A DNA stretch of 14,713 nt from Candidatus Undinarchaeota archaeon (GTDB lineage Archaea > Undinarchaeota > Undinarchaeia > Undinarchaeales > UBA543), in contig CAZMMZ010000011.1 in assembly GCA_964567575.1 (NCBI GenBank), positions 1 to 14,713 on the forward strand, in the 5' to 3' direction. Both the position numbers and the translations under genes were made by a program. The notes below the pieces were generated by a model, which saw nothing but the letters and a program-made list of their open reading frames with translations, searched no databases and was not told the DNA's origin. Shown piece by piece: positions 6,609 through 14,573 of this stretch. Numbering within the stretch: position 1 is the first letter of the stretch; each line of letters begins with the position of its first letter.

Positions 6609-7634
6609 ATGAAAATGAAAAACTTTTTTGCTTTATCTGTATTAATAATTCTACTTGTAGCATCAAGTGGTTGTATCCAAGCTGAGCAACCTGCTACTGA
6701 ATCTGATTATATTGAACCAATTGACATTGAAGAACCAGAAGAAGTTGAGGAAATTGAAGAACCAGAAGAAGTTGTTGAAGAAGATATTGTTGTTGATTCA
6801 ACATTAGAATTTGGGGATTGGTGTGATCCAACTGATCTTAATATTTTTGTGGATCCATACATTCCAATTGACAAAGTTTTAATTTTTGTTAATGAAAACT
6901 ATGATTATGAATTTGGTCCTGATGAAATAAGCAAATCCTTTATTGGAGATAATGTTATTGGTTATGTTGAGCCTACAATTCCAGAAAATATGAAATATTC
7001 CAATCTTGTTTTTGAAACCCGATTTACAAATCAAGATGATTTTTCTATAGTTGAAAAATTTGCAGAATCTGATTTATCAAAATATGGTTCTACTTATTAT
7101 CAACATAGTGAAGAGTATCTAATTAAAAATGAAGGCAATTTAAGTTTTGAAGTAAAAATATCATATAATACAAATGATAAAGGTTTCCAAACGCAATGCG
7201 AACAATATACAATTCCTGTTGAAGCAGACAGTTTAACTGATGTTTCTGATCTTATTGATTTCAATACTATGGATTATTCTAGATCAAGAATTTTCCAAAT
7301 GTCTGGTAATTTTACAGAAGATCTTTATGATGAATTAAGCAGAAATTTTGAAGCAACATTCTTAGCTGAAAATATAGAAGACTCTGAAATTAAAGTTGAA
7401 GTTCCGTTAGAAGATATGAACAAAGTTGTTTGTGTTGCTAATAGTTGCGCTTTCAAAAGTGAAGTGAATATACCACGCAAGGATTTAAACGATTTCACCT
7501 CATATGAACAATGGTGTGGTGATGATTTCAGAAGAAGTTTCAGATTTGACAGAGGATCTGCTCAACCATTTTACGCAAGTATTCCTGTTGACATTACTTC
7601 TTTAATGTGTAACAAATTAACTACTGGAGGTTAG
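6609..7634 (+). CDS. Acidic lipoprotein of unknown function
   Basis: Basic N-terminus, hydrophobic stretch and lipobox-like VASSGC, followed by an E/P-rich acidic linker. The start could be 6609 or 6615. Confidence 0.75.
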   Translation: MKMKNFFALSVLIILLVASSGCIQAEQPATESDYIEPIDIEEPEEVEEIEEPEEVVEEDIVVDSTLEFGDWCDPTDLNIFVDPYIPIDKVLIFVNENYDYEFGPDEISKSFIGDNVIGYVEPTIPENMKYSNLVFETRFTNQDDFSIVEKFAESDLSKYGSTYYQHSEEYLIKNEGNLSFEVKISYNTNDKGFQTQCEQYTIPVEADSLTDVSDLIDFNTMDYSRSRIFQMSGNFTEDLYDELSRNFEATFLAENIEDSEIKVEVPLEDMNKVVCVANSCAFKSEVNIPRKDLNDFTSYEQWCGDDFRRSFRFDRGSAQPFYASIPVDITSLMCNKLTTGG

Positions 7635-8339
7635 ATGAATTTTTTCATCACAATCTTGCTGGTATCATTTGGTTTAGCATATCTTTTTGTTGTTTCTTTA
7701 ATGTCATTTAAACAAAGAAGTAATGTTATTTGGATTGTGTTTTTGAATATTGGACTTTTCATTTACTCTTACTTTTTCGCGCCTGAACTTATTACAAAAT
7801 ACGCATTATCTGGGGCCAAAATCGCTACTGGTCATGCATATACGTTATTTACTTACATGTTCTTCCATGCAAGTCCACTGCATCTTTTCATAAACACGTT
7901 TGGTTTGTTATTCTTTGGATATAATCTTGAAAAACAAATGGGCTTTCCACAATTTTTAATGGTATATGCTATTTCAGGATTATTAGCTGGTGGCTTTTAC
8001 ACCTTATTTACGCCACCAACAATAATGGTTGTTGGGGCATCTGGAGCAATTTTTGGTCTGCTAGCTTACTTCACTTTAATAAGACCATTCATGATTAGTC
8101 CAATGCCATTTCTTATTCCAATGCCAGTTTCTTTAGCAGCAGTTCTGTATGTAATTACTATTATTCCAATAATGACATCTGGTGATTTCTCTGGAACAGT
8201 AGCGCATACTGCGCATTTCGGTGGTATGATCGGGGGTGCCCTTATGGCATTTGGTATGAATTATATGCAGGCACTAAAAGGTATTGTAATCGTAACATTT
8301 ATAGCGTTCCTCACATACATTTTGCCACGTCTTTTATAA
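7635..8339 (+). CDS. Rhomboid family intramembrane serine protease
   Basis: Motifs TYMFFHASPLHLFIN, FGYNLE..G, VGASGAIFG (catalytic Ser) and AHTAHFGG (catalytic His). SD GGAGG at 7626-7630; the ATG directly follows the upstream TAG. Confidence 0.95.
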   Translation: MNFFITILLVSFGLAYLFVVSLMSFKQRSNVIWIVFLNIGLFIYSYFFAPELITKYALSGAKIATGHAYTLFTYMFFHASPLHLFINTFGLLFFGYNLEKQMGFPQFLMVYAISGLLAGGFYTLFTPPTIMVVGASGAIFGLLAYFTLIRPFMISPMPFLIPMPVSLAAVLYVITIIPIMTSGDFSGTVAHTAHFGGMIGGALMAFGMNYMQALKGIVIVTFIAFLTYILPRLL

Positions 8340-8363
8340 TAAAAAGAGGGGAGAAGTGACAAC

Positions 8364-9410
8364 ATGGAAGATTATGTAGGGGTAAAGTTTAAACCAAAAC
8401 TAACTCATAAGGGAATTCGACACAATTCTACAAAAGAAATAATTACTGCAGGTAAGAAGCTTGATGCAGAAGGAATGGTTTTTGTAAACGCAGGAAACAT
8501 TTCAGCTAAAATTAAAAATGCTTTTATCATAACTGCTGCAGGGTCAGAATTAAATTCACTTGATTCTAATGATTTTGCAAAAGTTACTGCATGCGATCTT
8601 AAGCATCGTGTTGTTATTGCTGAAGGAAAAAAAGATCCATCATCTGAATCCATAATGCATCACTTGATTTACAAAACTCATCCAAATGTAACTGCAGTTG
8701 TTCATGTTCATAGCGGCGCATTTTTGAATGAAAGTAAAATTATGAATTCTGGTTTTCTTTCAACAAACACATTCATTGAATATGGAACTCTTGAACTTGC
8801 TTATAATGTTGTTAAAAATTTAGGCAAAGAAAATTTTATTATTATTAAAGGTCATGGTGCTATTGCTCTTGGTTCATCTGTTAAAGAAGCAACTGATTTA
8901 ATGATTAATAATTATCGTTTACTCAAAGGGCTTCCTATTAGATTAACTGATCAGCCAATTTCTCGAAAAGTTAAATCAGTTGATTCTGAATTGATTGAGG
9001 ATGTAAAATCTGAAGAATCGGAACATGATGAAAATCTTGAAGAATTTTTGTCTGAAGAAATCAAAAAGCCCGAACCAGAAGAGCCACAAGTTCAAGAAGA
9101 ACCAGTGGTTCTTGAAGAGGGTTTTGAAGAAAAACTTGGTGAAGAAGAACCTGAGGAAGAACCAGCTGAAGAAAAAGTTGAATTACCATATGAAGAAGTT
9201 CAACTTCCTCCAAGAAAAAAACTTTCAATTAAATTCCCAAAATTAAGAGTTAAATTAAGAGGTTTTACTTCAACTGTTATTTGTCCAACTTGTGGAACCA
9301 AAAAAAGGTTTGCTGCAAAGAGTTGTGATAATTGTGGTTACTTTTATGGCATTGATAAAATTTCTTATAACACCAGTAATTTTATAAAGATTGAAAAGAA
9401 ACAGAAATGA
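8364..9410 (+). CDS. Class II aldolase/adducin-family domain fused to an acidic linker and C-terminal zinc ribbon
   Basis: Aldolase motifs AGNISAK, PSSESIMH, VVHVHS and KGHGAI. An E/P-rich region follows, then CPTCG-x8-CDNCG. Confidence 0.88.
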   Translation: MEDYVGVKFKPKLTHKGIRHNSTKEIITAGKKLDAEGMVFVNAGNISAKIKNAFIITAAGSELNSLDSNDFAKVTACDLKHRVVIAEGKKDPSSESIMHHLIYKTHPNVTAVVHVHSGAFLNESKIMNSGFLSTNTFIEYGTLELAYNVVKNLGKENFIIIKGHGAIALGSSVKEATDLMINNYRLLKGLPIRLTDQPISRKVKSVDSELIEDVKSEESEHDENLEEFLSEEIKKPEPEEPQVQEEPVVLEEGFEEKLGEEEPEEEPAEEKVELPYEEVQLPPRKKLSIKFPKLRVKLRGFTSTVICPTCGTKKRFAAKSCDNCGYFYGIDKISYNTSNFIKIEKKQK

Positions 9411-9417
9411 GGGAGCA

Positions 9418-10137
9418 ATGAATCGAATCTTATTAATTTCTCACAAGGGAATTATTGATGAAGGAGATCGTGGTAATACTCTAATTGATTTTAAAAAAGC
9501 GCAAGAAGCCGGCGTTGATATGGTTGAAATGGATATTCGCAAAACCAAAGACGGAGTTTTAGTTACACATTATGAAGAAGATATTAGTGGAGTTTTCTTA
9601 AAAAATATTACATTTGAAACTGCACAAGAACTTGCTGAAAAAAAAGGATATAATATTCCTAAACTTTCAAAAGTTATTTCTGAGCTTTCCAAAGTTATGT
9701 TTGATTTTGAATTAAAAGAAGAAGGGTATGAAGCTGAGTTTGTTGAATTTCTAAATGCTAATCTTCCTGACCAATCTCGTTATATTATATCATCTTTTAA
9801 TGACCGAAGTATAACTCTCATAAAAAATAAGGATCCGAAAATCAAAGCAGGTCTACGCTTGTGGAGAAAGAAACCAAAAGAATTTATTGAAACTCGAGTT
9901 TCTGAGCTTTTCCCATTCAAAAGAATTGAAGAATGTGGTGCGGATTTTATTTGTCTTAGTTGGAAACTTCTTCCAGCTGGATTGTTATGGCGAGCGGAAA
10001 AACGAGGAATCCCTGTTTATGTTGCTTGCATTAAACCTCCTTCCAATCTGACTCCTTTTCTTAAAAATCCATCATTAAAAGGAATTCTAACTGATAATTT
10101 TCATGAATTCCAAAAAGTTATTGCAGATTTAGGTTAG
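9418..10137 (+). CDS. Glycerophosphodiester phosphodiesterase (GDPD) family protein with a variant active site
   Basis: ISHKG, NTL..F..A...GVDMVEMDIRKTKDGVLV, FELK, IISSFN and GILTD match the GDPD TIM barrel. The ATG at 9418 follows SD GAGGGAG, so it is preferred over the TTG at 9391. Confidence 0.85.
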   Translation: MNRILLISHKGIIDEGDRGNTLIDFKKAQEAGVDMVEMDIRKTKDGVLVTHYEEDISGVFLKNITFETAQELAEKKGYNIPKLSKVISELSKVMFDFELKEEGYEAEFVEFLNANLPDQSRYIISSFNDRSITLIKNKDPKIKAGLRLWRKKPKEFIETRVSELFPFKRIEECGADFICLSWKLLPAGLLWRAEKRGIPVYVACIKPPSNLTPFLKNPSLKGILTDNFHEFQKVIADLG

Positions 10138-10202
10138 TCTATATATTATAGTAATAATAATTTATTTTTTAATAGTTTCTGAAAAAGACATAAAAAATAA
10201 CG

Positions 10203-10210
10203 TTTATATA
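10203..10210 (+). promoter_or_regulatory. TATA box (TTTATATA) for the large surface protein gene
   Basis: It begins 31 nt before the ATG at 10234 and overlaps the ORF-track start at 10210, which argues against that start. Confidence 0.65.
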
Positions 10211-10233
10211 TGATGTCATCTATAAGATGTCTC

Positions 10234-13224
10234 ATGGCTAATAAAGCTTCACATAAAAAATCTAAAACTATTTTTGGTAAGGGATTTATTTCAGAAAATA
10301 AGTTCCTCGTCCTCGGCGGTATTTTCCTGCTTACTGTTGTTGTTCTTGCTGGTTTCTTGTTTACATCAAGTCCTGGTGGAGACATGGCTGGAAGGTTTAC
10401 ATATAAAGCTCAGTTTGAAGGTGCTAGTGTTGAATATTTAGGCGCTCCTACAAACTCTGTATTTGACGAAGCTGAAGAGGTTTCACTGTATCTAAGAGCA
10501 GGCTCTTCACTTGGGATGCATGCTATAACTTTCAATATAAATTATGATCCTACTGTTCTGTCACTAACAAATGTTAAAGCATATGCTGGTACACTTCAAG
10601 ATCACCAAAAATTTGATGATGCAAATTCAATTCCTCTTCTTATTAAAATGGACGATGTTAACAAGCCACACACTTTCAAGAACGGCGATAATATGGTCAG
10701 ATTTGATTTCAAGGTTGTAGGCAAGTCTGGAGCTTCCAATGTTGTAAGTATTACTAAATTAGTTGTCAGTACACAGAAAGATAACAACCAGGTAACTACT
10801 TTTTCACAAGGCGACAACAAATTTGAAGAAACTATTAATATTGTAGGTGCGTGTACTGATTCTGATAGCGGTATTGAAAGTTCTGTAGGCGGAACGTGTA
10901 CTGATTCTGTAGGATCTAATGATGATGGCTGTGATGGGAATGGTAAATTAGAAGAATGGTACTGTGGAATAGACAATAAATGTGAGAAGAAGGTAATAAC
11001 TTGTCAATCGGGATGTAATAAAATAGATGAGGGCGAAGAAAAAGAGAAATTCGGTGTTTGCGGTCCTGGTGTAAAAAAGCAGTGTACCGATGATGATGGT
11101 GGTTTGGATCCGTATAAATCAGGTCAAGTAACTTCTTTTTATTATGGCACAAAAACAGTTAAAAAAGATGAATGTGCAGATACTTCAAATCTGAATGAAG
11201 TTTATTGTGTTGATGATATGCTCAGAGTAGCTAAAGTTCCATGTGCAGAGGATATGCGATGTGTTGAAGGAACTGGAAAGTGTCTAAAACCATATTGTGG
11301 TGATGTTGGTGGTGGCGATGACGGTCCTGACTTTATTGCAAGTGGGCTTGATATACCTCCTACTGAAATTTGTTATGCTGGTATTACTGCTTTAATAGAG
11401 GAAGGAAAATTCAATTGTGATAATGCTGACTGGAATCTTGACGGTAATGTAAATGCACCGGATATAACCTTTGCTGAATTGTTTAATGCTGATTTAGTTG
11501 AACTTCATAATGATTGTTTCGAAGGCGGAGCAATGTCTATTTGTGGTAATGGTGAATATGAACCTGGTGAGGAATGTGATGACGAAAACACAGATAATGA
11601 TGACGGCTGCAGTTCAGAATGTAAAATTGAAGGAGAAAGTGATGATGATAAGCTTACTAATATCAAGAAAGTGCATGATGTTGAAGATGTTGCAAAACTC
11701 TGTGATGATGGTTTAATCCTAAAAGTTGCTGGTGAAGAATGTGATGATGCTAATAAAGTTGACACTGATACATGCAGAAACGATTGTACTTTGAATGTAT
11801 GTGGTGATGGTGCGCTTCTAAAAGGTGTTGAAGAATGTGATGACGGCAACAAGGATGACGGCGATGGGTGCAGTTCAGAGTGCAAGCTTGGTGCAAGTTG
11901 CGGTGATACTATACTGCAAGGTAACAGTATTACTCTAACTGAAGACCTTCACGTTACTGGCGCTGGCGATAATACTTGTTTAACAATTGGTGGTAAAGGT
12001 GGGAAACAAGTTTCCATAGATTGCGCAGGACACAAAATTATTGGAAATGGTGCTGGTGTTGGTGTTCTGATTGATAGTGCTAATATTCTTGGTGAAGGAA
12101 AGGGCGCAATTGCAAAAATAATTGTAAAGAATTGTGAGATTTCAAACTTTGATACTGGAATAAAAATGGTTGGTACAAAGGACCAGACTTTCACTAGACC
12201 AACCATCAGTTTTAATACAATAACAGATTCTGTGTATGGTATCTACTATAATGCCAAAACTCAGTCTGATAACCAACAGATTACAAGCAATACCATCCAA
12301 GACAACAAGTATGGTATTTATGCAGAAACTATGGCTGATGGTAATTTATATCTAGAGAAAAACAAAATCAAAAACAATGAAGAATATGGTGTTTACTTCA
12401 ACTGGGCTGATGGTGATTATGGAGGGTTTACTACTAACACTGTAAGTGGTAATGGTATTGGTCTTAAGATGGAAGGTGTTAATTTTGACCAAACCAACTT
12501 CAAAGCAAATACCATTTGTAGAAACACAGAAACCGATGTATCCTGTCCAGGGTTTAGTTCCTTTTACAAACCAGAAACACAGATAAATAATGTGTTTACA
12601 ACTATTGATGGTAAATGTGAAAAAGAGTCTAAGTGGCCAATCAAGGATACACACTACACAGAATGTGTTGGACAGTATGCTTTTGTAACCTCTGAAGTGT
12701 ATGATGGTAATCTTGGTGGTAAAGCAGGTGCTAATGAGAAGTGTAATGCATTGGCTTCTGCAGAAGGTGCATCAAAGGTGCTTGCTAATAAAAAGTTCCG
12801 AGCATGGGTCTCAACAACTGATGAGGGGGAGGAGGGTTGGATGGGTCATATTCAAGATGATTTCCAAGTAAAAGACGAGCCATACTATCGTGTTGATTAT
12901 GTGAAAATTGCTGATGATTTCCAGGATGTGATAGGCGACAAATATCTGGATGTTCCAATATCTGTTACTGAAAAAGGTGTTGATTTGTCAAAGGCTGAAA
13001 ACGTAGAACTCTATGTGTGGACTGGAACAAAATTCAGTGGCCAGCATCACCCAATCAATTGTGTGGATTGGAGCGATAATACTGAAGATGCTGAGGCCCG
13101 AATTGGTATACTAACTAGCAATTATGTTCCATGGACAAGTTCATATGAAAACGAGCCACCAGCTGCAAGAGACTGTTACAGTAAGCACCGCCTCTACTGT
13201 TTCGAAGATGACTTTAAAGAGTAG
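10234..13224 (+). CDS. Large multidomain surface protein/adhesin: N-terminal TM, cohesin-like domain, Cys-rich CTDxDxG repeats, dockerin-like domain, Myxococcus-type Cys-rich repeats, right-handed beta-helix, C-terminal DUF1554-like (endostatin/lectin-like) domain
   Basis: TM FLVLGGIFLLTVVVLAGFLF. Cohesin-like ITFNINYDPTVLSL...VRFDFKV. Two CTD(S/D)D(S/G)G..E(W/V)YC units. Dockerin-like GDVGGGDDGPD...ADWNLDGNVNAPD. CGxG...EECDDxN...DGCSSEC repeats, NxIxxNxYGIY beta-helix rungs, and FVTSEVYDGNLGG.AGAN..C...FRAWVS. Confidence 0.85.
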   Translation: MANKASHKKSKTIFGKGFISENKFLVLGGIFLLTVVVLAGFLFTSSPGGDMAGRFTYKAQFEGASVEYLGAPTNSVFDEAEEVSLYLRAGSSLGMHAITFNINYDPTVLSLTNVKAYAGTLQDHQKFDDANSIPLLIKMDDVNKPHTFKNGDNMVRFDFKVVGKSGASNVVSITKLVVSTQKDNNQVTTFSQGDNKFEETINIVGACTDSDSGIESSVGGTCTDSVGSNDDGCDGNGKLEEWYCGIDNKCEKKVITCQSGCNKIDEGEEKEKFGVCGPGVKKQCTDDDGGLDPYKSGQVTSFYYGTKTVKKDECADTSNLNEVYCVDDMLRVAKVPCAEDMRCVEGTGKCLKPYCGDVGGGDDGPDFIASGLDIPPTEICYAGITALIEEGKFNCDNADWNLDGNVNAPDITFAELFNADLVELHNDCFEGGAMSICGNGEYEPGEECDDENTDNDDGCSSECKIEGESDDDKLTNIKKVHDVEDVAKLCDDGLILKVAGEECDDANKVDTDTCRNDCTLNVCGDGALLKGVEECDDGNKDDGDGCSSECKLGASCGDTILQGNSITLTEDLHVTGAGDNTCLTIGGKGGKQVSIDCAGHKIIGNGAGVGVLIDSANILGEGKGAIAKIIVKNCEISNFDTGIKMVGTKDQTFTRPTISFNTITDSVYGIYYNAKTQSDNQQITSNTIQDNKYGIYAETMADGNLYLEKNKIKNNEEYGVYFNWADGDYGGFTTNTVSGNGIGLKMEGVNFDQTNFKANTICRNTETDVSCPGFSSFYKPETQINNVFTTIDGKCEKESKWPIKDTHYTECVGQYAFVTSEVYDGNLGGKAGANEKCNALASAEGASKVLANKKFRAWVSTTDEGEEGWMGHIQDDFQVKDEPYYRVDYVKIADDFQDVIGDKYLDVPISVTEKGVDLSKAENVELYVWTGTKFSGQHHPINCVDWSDNTEDAEARIGILTSNYVPWTSSYENEPPAARDCYSKHRLYCFEDDFKE
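11542..11889 (+). repeat. Three Myxococcus-type cysteine-rich repeats (DUF4215/TIGR02232-like) within the adhesin
   Basis: CGNGEYEPGEECDDENTDNDDGCSSEC; CDDGLILKVAGEECDDANKVDTDTCRNDC; CGDGALLKGVEECDDGNKDDGDGCSSEC. Confidence 0.85.
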
Positions 13225-13238
13225 AACAAAACAATCTT

Positions 13239-13275
13239 AGAGTGGGCTTAAACCCCCGCTCTCCTTTTTTCTTTT
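13239..13275 (+). terminator. GC-rich hairpin plus T-tract terminator
   Basis: Stem AGAGTGGG / CCCGCTCT (one G-U pair) with an 8-nt loop, followed by CCTTTTTTCTTTT. Confidence 0.7.
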
Positions 13276-13283
13276 AAACAAAC

Positions 13284-13291
13284 TTTATATA
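13284..13291 (+). promoter_or_regulatory. TATA box (TTTATATA) with BRE (ACAAAC)
   Basis: It begins 30 nt before the ATG at 13314. Confidence 0.65.
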
Positions 13292-13313
13292 TCTAAAAAA
13301 CTACTGTCCTTCT

Positions 13314-14567
13314 ATGAAAAAAATAATAGCAATTTTCGTTTTGATTTTCTTAATGTTGTTGCCATGCGCTTATGCAGGTACTGGTCTTACACTTACTGGT
13401 CCGTACGATGATGGAGAAAGTGATAACATCATTGTCCGCGTCTACGCAACTGAGGTTACAAAGTTTGATGTAGCAACATTTACTATTGATTACGACTTGA
13501 ATGCTCTTCAATTCGTATCAGCTGTACCTGGTTCCTTTTCGCCTAAAGCTAGTGTTGTTGAAAATATTGAAAACGGAAAGGTTGTTGTTAATGTTCCTGG
13601 TTTCCAAGGGATTTCAGGATCTGGAATTATTGCAAAGCTTTCTTTTACTCCTTCTGCGGAATCTTCAATACAATTAGAGGAGATTCTTCTTGGTACTAAT
13701 TTAGGTAAGAAAATCGAGGCTCCACTAATCAGCAATTTAATTTCTTATGATCCTAATGCGGATCTTCTTATTGAAGCTGAAGTGGATGATGCTTTTGTAG
13801 ATCCTAATGGGGATGATTCTGATGATAATGTTCCTGGTGATGTTGAAGAGGATATTGTTCCTGATGACGATTCTGATGATGATGTTATTGTTGACGATTC
13901 TGATGACGATGATGCTACTGACGATTCTGATGATGATTTAACTGAGAGTTCAACTGATGATAATAGAGGTACTCCACGGTCATCTCCTGACCCAACACCT
14001 TCTCCAAGTGTTCCTAGTAATCCTAATGTTCCAACTACCCCTGCAGTAGGAACTCCTAGTGCTGCACCAGTTCCAACTTCTGGTGATTCTGGAACTGATG
14101 TTAGTGGAGAAGATACTGTTGGGTCTCAAGCAAAAGGAGAAGGTATAATTTCAAAAGTAGCTACTAATCCAATTTTAATTATTTCTTTAATAATAATTGT
14201 TCTTGGTGTTGGAGGATTTTTCACATACAAACACTTTATGAGAATTAAGAAAGAAAAAAGTGAAAAGAATGATTTCCAAAATAAATTGCAAATGCCTGGT
14301 AGTGTTTCTACTGGCAAAAAGCCAGTGTCTGCTCAACCTTCTGTAAAGCCAAAACCATTAATGCCACTTAAACCTGTTGCAAAACCTATACCAACACAAT
14401 CTGCTAAACCAGCACCAGTTAAACCAGTTCCAACTGGCGATCCTGGTATTGATTATATTAAATCTTGCAGAGCGCAAGGATTTACAGAGGATCAAATCAA
14501 AATAGAATTGAAAAAACAAGGTTGGTCTGATCAAGATATATTGCAAAAGATGGTTAAAGCAAAATAG
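13314..14567 (+). CDS. Type I membrane protein: signal peptide, cohesin-like domain, Asp-rich and Pro/Ser/Thr-rich stalk, TM helix, Pro/Lys-rich cytoplasmic tail with a small helical C-terminal domain
   Basis: Signal MKKIIAIFVLIFLMLLPCAYA. Cohesin-like ATFTIDYDLNALQFVSAVPGSF...SGSGIIAKLSF. DDSDDD repeats, then TM ILIISLIIIVLGVGGFFTY and C-terminal YIKSCRAQGFTEDQIKIELKKQGWSDQDI. Confidence 0.85.
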   Translation: MKKIIAIFVLIFLMLLPCAYAGTGLTLTGPYDDGESDNIIVRVYATEVTKFDVATFTIDYDLNALQFVSAVPGSFSPKASVVENIENGKVVVNVPGFQGISGSGIIAKLSFTPSAESSIQLEEILLGTNLGKKIEAPLISNLISYDPNADLLIEAEVDDAFVDPNGDDSDDNVPGDVEEDIVPDDDSDDDVIVDDSDDDDATDDSDDDLTESSTDDNRGTPRSSPDPTPSPSVPSNPNVPTTPAVGTPSAAPVPTSGDSGTDVSGEDTVGSQAKGEGIISKVATNPILIISLIIIVLGVGGFFTYKHFMRIKKEKSEKNDFQNKLQMPGSVSTGKKPVSAQPSVKPKPLMPLKPVAKPIPTQSAKPAPVKPVPTGDPGIDYIKSCRAQGFTEDQIKIELKKQGWSDQDILQKMVKAK

Positions 14568-14573
14568 CTTTGA

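Noticed and set aside
548-10233. ORF-track starts at 548 (TTG), 6606 (TTG), 9391 (TTG) and 10210/10213
   Set aside because: SD or TATA positions favour 566, 6609, 9418 and 10234.
12180-13224. Apparent shift toward C-ending codons in the distal adhesin as evidence of recent HGT
   Set aside because: This is an impression by eye only and needs a codon/GC calculation; expression bias could explain it.
13810-13965. GATGA(C/T)GATTCTGATGA repeats as a CRISPR or tandem DNA array
   Set aside because: They encode the Asp/Ser-rich stalk in frame; there is no repeat-spacer structure and no cas genes.
597-14546. Overlapping alternative-frame/antisense ORFs (e.g. 1606-1986, 3351-3605, 4109-4507, 10146-10385, 10602-10976, 11505-11885, 13508-13735)
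   Set aside because: Shadows of well-supported genes, with no recognisable motifs or initiation signals.
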